Source: Mobula hypostoma (lineage: Eukaryota). From it: DNA of 64,000 bases. The position numbers and the translations under genes are program-made. Under the pieces are notes generated by a model. That model was not told where the DNA came from, made no database searches, and was given only the letters and a program-made list of their open reading frames with translations. The stretch covers positions 38,440,001-38,504,000 of the forward strand of contig NC_086098.1 of the NCBI RefSeq assembly GCF_963921235.1, in the 5' to 3' direction. Below are positions 51,730 through 62,077 of this stretch, in pieces (within the stretch, counting starts at the first letter, position 1; each line of letters opens with the position of its first letter).

Positions 51730-52515
51730 ATTTTGGTGAATTGATTCATTATTGTCACGTACTGAGGTACTCTTCTTTCATACCATTCATACAGATATTG
51801 AGTGCCTTGAGTTAGTTCAAGATAAAACAGTAATAGAGAAGAGTGTTACAGAGAAAGTTTAATGCAGGTAGACAATATGGTGCAAGACCATAACAAGGTA
51901 GACTGTGAAATCATGAGTCCTTTTTACTGTACTAGAGATCCATTCAATCACCTTAGAACTGGGAAACAGAAACTGGTGATGCGTGGTTTTAGCTTTTGTA
52001 TAGTCTGTCCAATTAGAGATGGGAGAAGAGAGTACGCCCGGTGTGAGTGCGGTTCTTGACTTTACCAAGACAGTATGAAGAGTACAAAAAAGACAAGAGT
52101 TTCTGCAGGTGCTGGAAATTAGTGTAACTCGTACACAATGCTGGAGAAATTTACAGGTCAGGCAGCATCTCTGGAGAGAAACAAACAATAGATGATTCTG
52201 ACCAAGGCCCTTCTTCAGGACTAGTTTTGGTGATGTTTCTCTGCAGTTTCCTGTCATCATGGTCAGAGTACTTCACATGCCAATCCTTGATGTGTCCGGA
52301 TAGGATATTTTCTATGGTGCATCGATAAGAATTGGTGAGGGTCAAAGGAGACATGCCTCCTGAGGAAGTAGAGGTGCTGGTAAACTTTCTTGACTTATGT
52401 TATCATAGTAGGGCAGGCTTTTGGTGACTGCTAGGAACTTGAAGCTCTCAACCCTATGAACTCTGTACCATTGGTGTAAGCAGGAACATGTGTACCACCT
52501 CCCTTCCTGAAGTGT
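51730..52515 (-). mobile_element. Rex1/Babar fragment interrupted by a PLE pLTR (about 52085-52228)
   Basis: Reverse-strand MSPLTLTNSYRCTIENILSG motif; the insert carries the pLTR and a degenerate hammerhead (CTGAAGA). Confidence 0.65.
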
Positions 52516-52600
52516 TTTGTTTTACATTGTGTATATTTTAACTGATGTTTATGCATGTCCAAACTTTCTTTTCTAATGTATTTTTAACGGTCAAAACTAA

Positions 52601-53072
52601 AGGCTGATTTATACTTGTGCATATGGGCTACGACGTATCCTACACCTGATTTATACTTTTGCGTAGCCCTATGCCGTAACGAGCATGCGTAGTTGTGTCT
52701 GTGTTGCTCTGCAATTCACCGCCAAGATGCTAGTTGGCGGTGGGGTTTCTATGCCACTGTGTTGAGTTTCTTCGTGAGAGACATGGACGAGGAAATGCAT
52801 TTCAAATATTTTCGGACGTAGGTAGGTAGATTTGACGATTTGGTTCGTTGTCTCTGACCATTTATTTCAAATCAGTGTACAGACATAGCGGAGAAAAGCA
52901 ACTGGAAATGCGTATGAGGAAATGCGATGCTACCAAGCGGACCAATCACAGTTGTTACGGTCTGCGTCGCCGCGACACATGAGTTACATTTTTGGGGAGG
53001 TGCACATCACCCTACGGCGTAGGGTACGCAGTACCTACGGCGTACATTTGACGCACAAGTATAAATCAGCCT
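52601..53072. mobile_element. PIF/Harbinger-type MITE
   Basis: Perfect 20-bp TIR AGGCTGATTTATACTTGTGC with a TAA target duplication on both sides; CpG-rich, so probably young. Confidence 0.9.
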
Positions 53073-54082
53073 TAATGTTACAGTATTTTGGAATCAAAGC
53101 CATATTATGTCGTAGCAAGTTTGTTGAACATTTCCATTCAGTCTTCAAACTTCTGATCACTTGCCACACTGATTCTTTATCACTTTGACTTTAATCCACC
53201 ACATAACGTACTATTCCAAAGAAGCCTCCTTCCTGTTGTGGGACCAGGGCCTTGTGACTCTAAAAATCACACTTAACATCATTGTTTACATACTTCAGGT
53301 AACGATTGTGCTCTTCCTATTGAAGGCCGATTGTCTTTTGTTTCCTTATTTACCCATTACCAAGCATGGCCCACCCCTATCAACTTTTGTTTTGACTATC
53401 TCTTTTGAAATTCCACCACTTCTCCTTTCTCCCCTTTTGGTTCACATTTGTCTGCATTTTAATACATGTTTGTCTGAGATCAGCACTGGACATAAGTGAA
53501 TCGTTAACCCTAGTCATAATAATGTTATGTATCAATGTAAACCATTAACTGTTTTGTACTTGGGTAGATAGATTTTTTTCAAATGTGTTGAGATGCAACG
53601 AGATTTAGCATTCAGAATGTAAAGCAACCTTGAACACTGGGATCTTAATGGCTTGTCTTTTAATTGTTGTTAAATATGGTAATTCATGTTATTTGTAAAA
53701 GCTTAGTCATATTAAAAAAAACTCTAAAGGGGAGAATTCTCCAGGCAGATTGAAGAATGATTTGCAGAAATCACCATGTTTACAGCTAGGGATGTAATTA
53801 TAATTTACATAAATCATTGCTAAGTTATATGTTCATGAATTTAATCCACAAGCTTTAATATTGAGTTTTCATGACTACATAAGTAATCCCTTTGGACTGG
53901 GGATGACTTGCTTCCACTCTGGTGTTGAGCATTCTGGCTTAACAAGGCCAGCATTGCAAATGCAAACTCTGCAGTCAGAATGAGTTCTAATATCTCTAGC
54001 TTTTATTGTCTTGCAGCAGCAGTAGGCTGCAAAAACAAAACTTATTATTAATTACAAAAATGAATAGTTCAAAAATATATGT

Positions 54083-55340
54083 GTTGCTTATGAACGCAGC
54101 AGGCCAAGCAGCATCTATAGGAAGAGGCGCAGTCGACGTTTCAGGCCGAGACCCTTCGTCAGGACTAACTGAAGGAAGAGTGAGTAAGAGATTTGAAAGT
54201 TGGAGGGGGAGGGGGAGATGCAAAATGATAGGAGAAGACAGGAGGGGGAGGGATAGAGCCGAGAGCTGGACAGGTGATAGGCAAAAGGGGATACGAGAGG
54301 ATCATGGGACAGGAGGTCCGGGAAGAAAGACGGGGGGGGGGTGACCCAGAGGATGGGCAAGAGATATATTCAGAGGGACAGAGGGAGAAAAAGGAGAGTG
54401 AGAGAAAGAATGTGTGCATAAAAATGAGTAACAGATGGGGTACGAGGGGGAGGTGGGGCCTAGCGGAAGTTAGAGAAGTCGATGTTCATGTCATCAGGTT
54501 GGAGGCTACCCAGACGGAATATAAGGTGTTGTTCCTCCAACCTGAGTGTGGCTTCATCTTTACAGTAGAGGAGGCCGTGGATAGACATGTCAGAATGGGA
54601 ATGGGATGTGGAATTAAAATGTGTGGCCACTGGGAGATCCTGCTTTCTCTGGCGGACAGAGCGTAGATGTTCAGCGAAGCGGTCTCCCAGTCTGCGTCGG
54701 GTCTCACCAATATATAAAAGGCCACATCGGGAGCACCGGACGCAGTATATCACCCCAGTCGACTCACAGGTGAAGTGATGCCTCACCTGGAAGGACTGTT
54801 TGGGGCCCTGAATGGTGGTAAGGGAGGAAGTGTAAAGGCATGTGTAGCACTTGTTCCGCTTACACGGATAAGTGCCAGGAGGGAGATCAGTGGGGAGGGA
54901 TGGGGGGGACGAATGGACAAGGGAGTCGCGTAGGGAGTGATCCCTGCGGAAAGCAGAGAGAGGTGGGGAGGGAAAGATGTGCTTAGTGGTGGGATCCCGC
55001 TGGAGGTGGCGGAAGTTACGGAGAATAATATATTGGACCCGGGATCCCACCACTAAAGTGCAGTCGACATTTGAGGCTGAAACCCTTCGGCAGAACTGGA
55101 GGAAAAAGCTGAGGAGCAGATTTACTCCTACTCCTACTCCTACTCCTACTCCCCAACCCCCAACCCCTAACCCCAACCCTACCCCTCAGCTTTTTTCCTC
55201 CAGTTCTGCCGAAGAGTTTCGACCTGAAACGTCGACTGTACTCTTTTCCATAGATGCTGCCTGGCCTGCTGAGTTCCTCCAGCATTTGTGTGTGTGTATT
55301 GCTTGGATTTCCAGCATCTGCAGATTTTCTCTTGTCTGTG
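54083..55340 (-). mobile_element. 5'-truncated Penelope-like retroelement (GIY-YIG endonuclease) with an inverted pLTR cassette
   Basis: ORF 54460-55030 is open through PCKRNKCYTC..FTCESTGVIYCVRCSRCGLLYIGETRRRLGDRFAEH..VATHFN..EEQHLIFRLGSLQP..MNIDF. pLTR downstream (54083-54460); oppositely oriented pLTR at about 55185-55340. Confidence 0.92.
54131..54166 (-). ncRNA. Minimal type I hammerhead ribozyme in the Penelope pLTR
   Basis: Minus strand: AGUC-CUGACGA-AGG(GUCUCGG)CCU-GAAA-CG-UC^-GACU. Complete CUGANGA/GAAA core, stem I AGUC:GACU, stem II AGG:CCU, palindromic ACGU stem III, GUC cleavage triplet. Confidence 0.8.
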
Positions 55341-55869
55341 ATTTAATCATCATTTAAACCATACATTGATACAGTTAAACGAGACAGCGTCCCTCTGGGG
55401 CCAAGGTGCATAACCGTACACACGCATTCAAGATAACAAAAAAGAGAAAAAGAACTTAGTCACACAAGGACACACATTTTTAATCCAAGACCCTGAGCAA
55501 CAAGTCCCACAAATTGATGGTTGTGAATAGTCCGGTCTGTAATTCCACCAATCCAACAAAGGAGGGCAGCACTGGCAGGCGAGACCACCCACAACTGGGC
55601 ACAGAAGCCACACTACATTTCACTACCAAACAAGGAAAACAGGCCGTGGCAATCAATATCCAACAGGGTCTTGCGATCGCAAAAGGAATGTCCACGACAG
55701 ACAGTCACTCACTATTTCACTGCATGCCACCTTTGCACACCAACTCTGGTGCCTTCGAATGACAGGCAGCAGTAAGGTCTGCACTCACGTCGGCTCCTCC
55801 AATCCGCCTCCTTGCGCGGCCTGACGGCGCGTCCAATGGCCTCTCCTCTGAACCGCCGGCCAGCTGCTA

Positions 55870-56880
55870 CAACAATGAAGGAAATGCTGAGGAGCCAGAG
55901 AGTGCCAGTAGATGGTTGCCTCTCTGACTGGAGGCCTGTGACTCTGGGTGTGTTGTAGACTGGTGCTGGTCCATTGTTATTTGTCATGTTTATTAATGAT
56001 TTGAATGATAATGCAGTAAACTAACTCAGCAAGTTTGCAGATGAAACAAAGATTGGGGGTGTAGTGGACAAAGAGGAAGGCTATCAAACTTGCAGTGGGA
56101 TCTGAACCAGCTGGAAAAATGGGCTGAGAAATGGCAGATGGAGTTTAATGCAGACGGGACATGGTGAATGGTTGGGCACTGAGGTGTGTGGTAGAACAAA
56201 GGGATTTGGGAAAACAGACCCATAATTCCTTGAAAGCGGTGTCACATGCAGATAGGGTGGTAAAGAGAGCTTTTGGCACATTGGTTTCTGTAAATCAGAG
56301 TACTGAGTATAGGAATCGGATGGAATGTTGAAGTTGTATAAGATGTTGGTGAAGCCAAATTTGGACTATTGTGTGCAGTTCTGGTCATCTACCTCAGTAA
56401 GTTTGAAGGAGTTCGGAGAAAATGTACAAGGATGTGCCCGGAGTTGAGTGAGAGGGGAAAAGCTGAATAGTTAGGACTTTATTCCCTGGAGTGTAGGAAA
56501 ATAAGGGTAGAGTTGATAGAGGTATACAAAATTCTGGATATAGATAGGGAAAATGTAAGCAGATTGTTTTCTGCTGAAGTTGGGTGAGACTCGAACGAGA
56601 GGTGATAGTTTAAAGATGAATGGTGAAATATTTAAAGGGAACCTGAGGGAGAACTTCTTCACTCAGTCAGTGGTGCATGTCTGGAACAAGCTGCCAGCTG
56701 AAGTAGTGGATGCAAATTAAATTAGAACTGTTACGAGAAGATTAGATAAGTACATGGTTGGGAGGGTTATGGAGGGCTATGCTCCAGACACAATTGATAG
56801 GACTAGGTCAAACAACATTTTGGCATGGACTAGATGGGCTGAAGAGCCTATTTTTGTGCTGTAGTATTCTATGGTTCTAA
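55870..56880 (+). mobile_element. CR1 LINE ORF2 3' portion, decayed
   Basis: W..VT.GV...VLGPLLF, SKFADETK, LRENFFTQ..W.KLP and a TTCTATGG tail. Confidence 0.85.
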
Positions 56881-57129
56881 TTAAGGCACACTGCATCATT
56901 GTGTGGGATGTGGCAATTAATTATATTGGATTGTTCGCACATTGATTGTTATCAAGTAAAGTTAGAAGTATTGATTTAATGATGACAAATTGTTGTGGAG
57001 AATGACACGTGCAATAGACAGTATCTATTTGAAATGCCTGTTAGGTGTTAGGAACAATTAGCTTTTTTTCCTCTATGGATTTAATTTCATGATTTAAGAT
57101 TCGATTTAAATTTAAGGCATTGATTCAAA

Positions 57130-57350
57130 AGCATATGGAATGAACTCAGTTTGAAGAGTTTATATTTAATCTGTAGCATACTTCATGAGTAATGGTCAGT
57201 TGACAGTGAAACGAACTGCTGAACAAATGGCTCTTCCACATCCCAGTCTCTCATTTCATGAGATAAATATGGAGCGTGGAATGCCGAGCACTTAACCGTT
57301 GGGCCATGTGACTTGTTGCAATCCTCTGACAAGCTGTTCTAAATTTAACT
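57130..57350 (+). promoter_or_regulatory. Muscle-type proximal promoter of TRIM54
   Basis: MEF2-consensus sites TTATATTTAA (57160-57169) and CTAAATTTAA (57339-57348); E-boxes CAGTTG (57197), CAAATG (57224) and CATGTG (57305); Meis-type TGACAG (57201). All lie just upstream of the ATG. Confidence 0.5.
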
Positions 57351-57458
57351 GTTTGTCCATCAGTTAGCCTGTGAGTTAAGAGAGAAAGGAAGAAGAAAAG
57401 AGAGCTCTGAAAAGAGGAAGAAATTTAATTATTACTTTACCGATAAGTCTTTTCGGGG

Positions 57459-57626
57459 ATGAACCTCGCAGTGGGCTTCAAGCCGATGCTCGGAGATGCA
57501 CAGACAATGGACAGTTTGGAGAAACAACTTATTTGTCCTATCTGTCTGGAAATGTTCACAAAGCCAGTAGTAATTTTACCATGCCAGCATAATTTATGCA
57601 GAAAATGTGCCAATGATATTTTCCAG
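57459..57626 (+). CDS. TRIM54: Tripartite motif protein 54 (MuRF3), exon 1, N-terminal half of the RING
   Basis: [56 protein letters not shown]. The N-terminus matches TRIM54 (MNFTVGFKPLLGDA) rather than TRIM55 or TRIM63. Donor CAG|GTATGT. Confidence 0.96.
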
Positions 57627-58107
57627 GTATGTGTTTCATTGATTGTTATTAATTGGATGTGGTGTAATTGTTAATTTATTTTGAACAGATGAACGTTAAC
57701 AGCATTTATACTTTCAGTAAGATGAGTGAACTTTTTGATCAAACAAGACATGTTTGCACTGCACTTCAATATCTGAAAAGACAGCTTTACTGACATTTTC
57801 GATTTGAGCTTTAAGGAAACAAAACTGCATAATGAGGAAAAGAAAATAACAAAGGAAATACACTCAGGACACTAACATGGCCAGAGAAGTGGAAGAAATA
57901 ACAATCAAATATAGATCAGCTGTTTAAAAATAGAAACATTCTTGTGTAAGATATTACTACCATTGAAGTGGATGTTTGTGAAATGGAAGAAAGTTATCAA
58001 AACAGAAATCTTGAGAAAGGATATGTGTTCTGAGAACAATAGCTGAATCATTTAGTGAACTGATTATTGGGGTTAATTGACATAACCATATGATATCTCG
58101 TTCCTAG

Positions 58108-58280
58108 GCATCCAACCCCTTCTGGCAGTCGAGGGGTTCCACAACAGTACCTTCAGGAGGCCGCTTTCGCTGCCCTTCCTGCCGGCATGAGGTCGTGTTG
58201 GATCGCCATGGGGTTTACGGCCTGCAGAGAAACCTCCTGGTGGAAAATATCATTGACATCTACAAACAAGAATCATCCAG
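58108..58280 (+). CDS. TRIM54: TRIM54 exon 2 (end of RING and MuRF-conserved box)
   Basis: Acceptor TTCCTAG|, translation [57 protein letters not shown](R), 173 bp, donor AG|GTTGCA. Confidence 0.95.
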
Positions 58281-59066
58281 GTTGCACAACGTACTTTATT
58301 TATAGAGGCAGTCGGGCAAACAGAGTCAAAATACTTCAGTGAATGTTTTGAAAATATATTTATATGAAACATGGTTTTGTTTGAGTTTGCCTTTTGTTTT
58401 CTCATTTGCCCTCTCATGAACTGTACCATCATCTTAAAGCCATAGTCTTGCCAGCAGAGCTGGGGGGAGGTGGGAGGAAAGATTAACATAAAAAGGTATT
58501 TTTCCAGCAGTGCCATTCCATGATTCAATAATTAGTGGGAAAGGGGAAATAGCACTGACCCTTGTGAATGGGAAATCAGAAGTAAAATATTCTGCAATAT
58601 GGGAATCCAAATAAGAATGGTTAAAAATGTAGAAAGCAACAAGATTGAAAGTCATGAAGGAGGTGAAGTGAGTTGAGCATCAATTCAAGTTTATTGTCAT
58701 TCAACTATATACACATATGTAACGTATCAAACCATATAGAAACGAGATGACGTTTCTCCGAACCAGGGTGTAAAGCACAGTAGTACACATAACAGACAAT
58801 AACTTATGAAGATAAGGATAAAAATCTACAGATGAATAACAAACCGTAAGGTATGGGGCAGATTAACCAGTGACACTTCAAATACAATGCAGCTGGGAGT
58901 TCAGAAGCCCAGTGGCCTGGGGGAAGAGGTTGTTTTCATCCTGATTGTTCTTGTCTTTATGCATCATAGTCTCCTGCCTGATGGTAGAAAGTCAAAGAGA
59001 ATGCTGGATGGATGGATGAATCAAGCCTGGGATATTAAAATTGTTTAACCATTATTTCACTTAAAG

Positions 59067-59490
59067 CTCTGAGGCCTCCGTCGGTCAGAGTTGACTATTG
59101 ATATTGCATCCCAGCTGTCTAGATACACCAGCCTGGGCAGTACGATATGGAGAGCAAGCTGTTGCCCATGTAGCAAGCTCAATGTAGGACTGCCTTAGGG
59201 AGTCCAGTTGGGGAAGGCTTTGGGAGTAAATCCCGAGGGAAAAATCCGGAGCTGGAGTCCCTAAGGCAGTCCCACCATTGAGCTCAATGCTGACTGGCAA
59301 CTCTTGCGATGCTGCTGGTACCAAACCGTATGGGTGTCTGCCGGCCCTTTGAGTTCATCGGATGCATGGAGAGGGTGAGCTTGCTACATGGGCAACAGCT
59401 TGCTATCCTTATCGTACTGCCCAGGCTTGTGTATCTAGACAGCTGGGATGCAACATCCATGGTTGACTCTGACCGACGGAGGCCTCAGAG
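59067..59490. repeat. Inverted dimer of the RTE-related element (about 114-bp inverted arms) in TRIM54 intron 2
   Basis: 59067-59180 is the reverse complement of about 59377-59490; there is also an inner inverted pair GGACTGCCTTAGGGAGTCCAG / CTGGAGTCCCTAAGGCAGTCC. Confidence 0.88.
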
Positions 59491-60671
59491 AAAAGGTGGG
59501 GTTCTTTTGCCCGCTACTATCACTTGATTTGAGTTAATTAAGATGGTTTCCTTCTGATTCTTGTTTAAATGAATTTGAGTTGGTGGATTGATGTTTTTCT
59601 TTTATGGAAGCTTGTATGGCGTATAGCTCTGGGGTTGTCCTCCCAATGGTTTTTTTTGTTTTTTTTTGTTAGCAGGGACGTTTTTTTTGTTTTAGTTAGT
59701 AGGGGTTCTTTTTTTCCTAAAAAAAATTCTTAACACTTTATTTTTTCTTCTTATTATTGATGTATTGTTTAGCTTTGTTAATCGGTTATTTGGTAATTTA
59801 ATTCCTCATTGTACAAATTGACATGTTGACTTGATTACTTTAATGTTTTTTGTTGATCTTCAATAATAATTAATAAAAAATTTAAAAATGGAAATGAAAG
59901 AAGGCCATGGAACCCATTCAGAGAAAAGCATCAACTCCCCCCCCCCACTGCTCCACCCCTGCTCCCCGTACCCCACTTCATGCGCAGAAAACAAATCCTG
60001 CACAGCGACAAAAAAGAATGGGCAAATACACAGAATATAAAGCACAAAAACTAAAGAGTCCATATTAAGTTCAGCTCAGTATTCATTATCTGCAGGCCGC
60101 CCTGATTCAAAGTTGCTCAAAGATAGCAACAGAAAAGGGGAACGACGGGAAACCAGAAGACACAACATAATGTGAACTACAGTCCAATCTACAACCGCAT
60201 TGATTGTACCTTGCTCTGGGACCATCCTCCGACAGCATCGGGAGAGAGAGACCATTTGAATGCAGGGACCTTCCTTTGGGAGCAGTGAGAGAGACCGTCG
60301 CATGAAGACATCTTCTCTGGCAGCAGCGAGCGAGAGGTTGGACACCCATTCATCTTCTGCATTCGCCTCAGAGTTTTCAATTTTCCTCGATGCTTTAATT
60401 GGCGAGATCGGTGAGAAATGGGGTCGATCATGGGCTCGTGCCCAGTCTCCAAACCTTTAGGCCTCGAGGAGGCCGCTTACCTCCCAGAACACTCTCAAAG
60501 ACAGCAAACCACCAAATGACTCAATTGGCCTGAAAGTACACCATCAAACTGTAGATCACAGGCTCCAACATTGCAGAACTATATTTGAAAGAAAAGGAAG
60601 TGAAAGAAGTAGTTTTGCGGGCCAACTTGAGGATGTTGCTCGTGATAGCATTGTTCCCCGCGCCATCTTCT

Positions 60672-61050
60672 TCCATCAAGGAGCCCCATCATCCAGGGCA
60701 TGATTTCTTCTTGCTACTACGATCAAGCGGGAGGTACAAGAGCCCTAAGTCCTACTCCACCAGGTTTAGGGACAGTTATTACCTTCAATCATCAGGCTCC
60801 TGAACCAGTGTGAATATCTTCATTCATCTCAAATCTGAACTGATTCCACAAACTACTGACTCACTTTCAAGGTCTCCACCACTCATGTTCTCAGTATTAC
60901 TCATTTCTTTATTTGTATAACTTGTCTTTTGCACATTGATTATCAGTCTTTGTTTACGTATAGTTTCTCAAAAATTATATTGAATTTCTTTATTTTCCTA
61001 TAAATGCCTGCAAGAAATTGGATCTCAAGTTAGTATATCGTTATACATAC
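60672..61050 (+). mobile_element. Rex1/Babar LINE 3' fragment
   Basis: SIKEPHHPGHDFFLLLRSSGRYKSPKSYSTRFRDSYY; homologous to 7280-7650. Confidence 0.75.
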
Positions 61051-61621
61051 TTTAATTTGACTTTCACTATGGCTTAATTCCTTGAGGTTTATTGTTAATA
61101 TCAATTCTAACTCTATTTCTTCCTCCTCACTCTAGGGATCTTTTTGCTTCTCCCAACTCAAAACAGCGGAACTATATGAATCACTCGCTGCTGCATCTTG
61201 ACAACATGCTTTCTATACTTCCTCCATTTTTTAAATTCTTCCTCCTTATCTGAGAGATGAGCCTAAAAGAAAGATCATGAAGGAGGCTAAATAATCAAAT
61301 TTCCTTCCTAGGTGACCAAGAGTTAGCACAGGAAATTGCAATGGCCTTGGCAATTCATTGCATTGAGCACCTCCCAATAAAGGTTCTGGTGTTAGGTGTG
61401 TGGGGCTGGGGTGATGGAGAGGCAGTGGATGTCAGAGGGGACGGCCGAGGATAAGTGGGTGAGGTGATGTGGGAGGAGGAGTATCTGTTCATGGAGGTGA
61501 GAAGACATTACCTAAAGGTGGGGGAGGCAATCATCTCAAGAGAAATGAAATGACTCGTTCTTTTAGTTCCCAATATTTCCCATTGTGGCACTTTGCACTT
61601 TTCACTAATAATTTTCTTCAG

Positions 61622-61793
61622 GCCTCTGCACACCAAGCCAGACCAGCAGTTAATGTGTGAAGAGCATGAAGATGAAAAGATTAATATCTACTGCCTAACC
61701 TGCGAGGTTCCAACCTGCTCAATGTGCAAAGTCTTTGGTGCTCATAAAGATTGTGAAGTGGCACCTCTGCAAAATGTCTACAAACGTCAAAAG
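61622..61793 (+). CDS. TRIM54: TRIM54 exon 3 (B-box 2)
   Basis: [57 protein letters not shown]; AG/GT boundaries, phase-compatible. Confidence 0.96.
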
Positions 61794-61981
61794 GTATGTT
61801 GGAGTTCTTTAACAAAAATCGGTATCCCTAGCTAGTGTTTTGCTATTGTATCTTTTAAAAAAAATGCCACTAACTTATCTTAAAGGAGTTGTTAAGATGT
61901 CAGAGAAAATGTTCAAGCCATGGACAAACATGTCACTGCTGCTGCCTGGAATGGTCTGACAATTATTCCTATTCTTCACAG

Positions 61982-62077
61982 ACTGAGCTCAGTGATGGAA
62001 TTGCAATGCTTGTGGCCGGAAATGACAGAATCCAGGCAATTATTACCCAGCTGGAAGAAATCTGTAAAACCATTGAG
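61982..62077 (+). CDS. TRIM54: TRIM54 exon 4 (start of coiled coil); gene continues beyond the window
   Basis: 96-bp exon [32 protein letters not shown], donor GAG|GTAAGC. Confidence 0.95.

Noticed and set aside
55120-55186. Interstitial telomere
   Set aside because: Only one exact CCCTAA; mostly TACTCC/CCCAAC variants. Kept only as a low-confidence remark in the PLE junction finding.
59290-59380. Ribozyme (HDV-like or hammerhead) in the RTE-related element
   Set aside because: The minus strand has CCGATGA and TCCATGC segments, but I could not assemble the required pairings by eye; a covariance search is needed.
57459-62077. TRIM55 or TRIM63 identity
   Set aside because: The N-terminal [25 protein letters not shown] and [15 protein letters not shown] segments match TRIM54.
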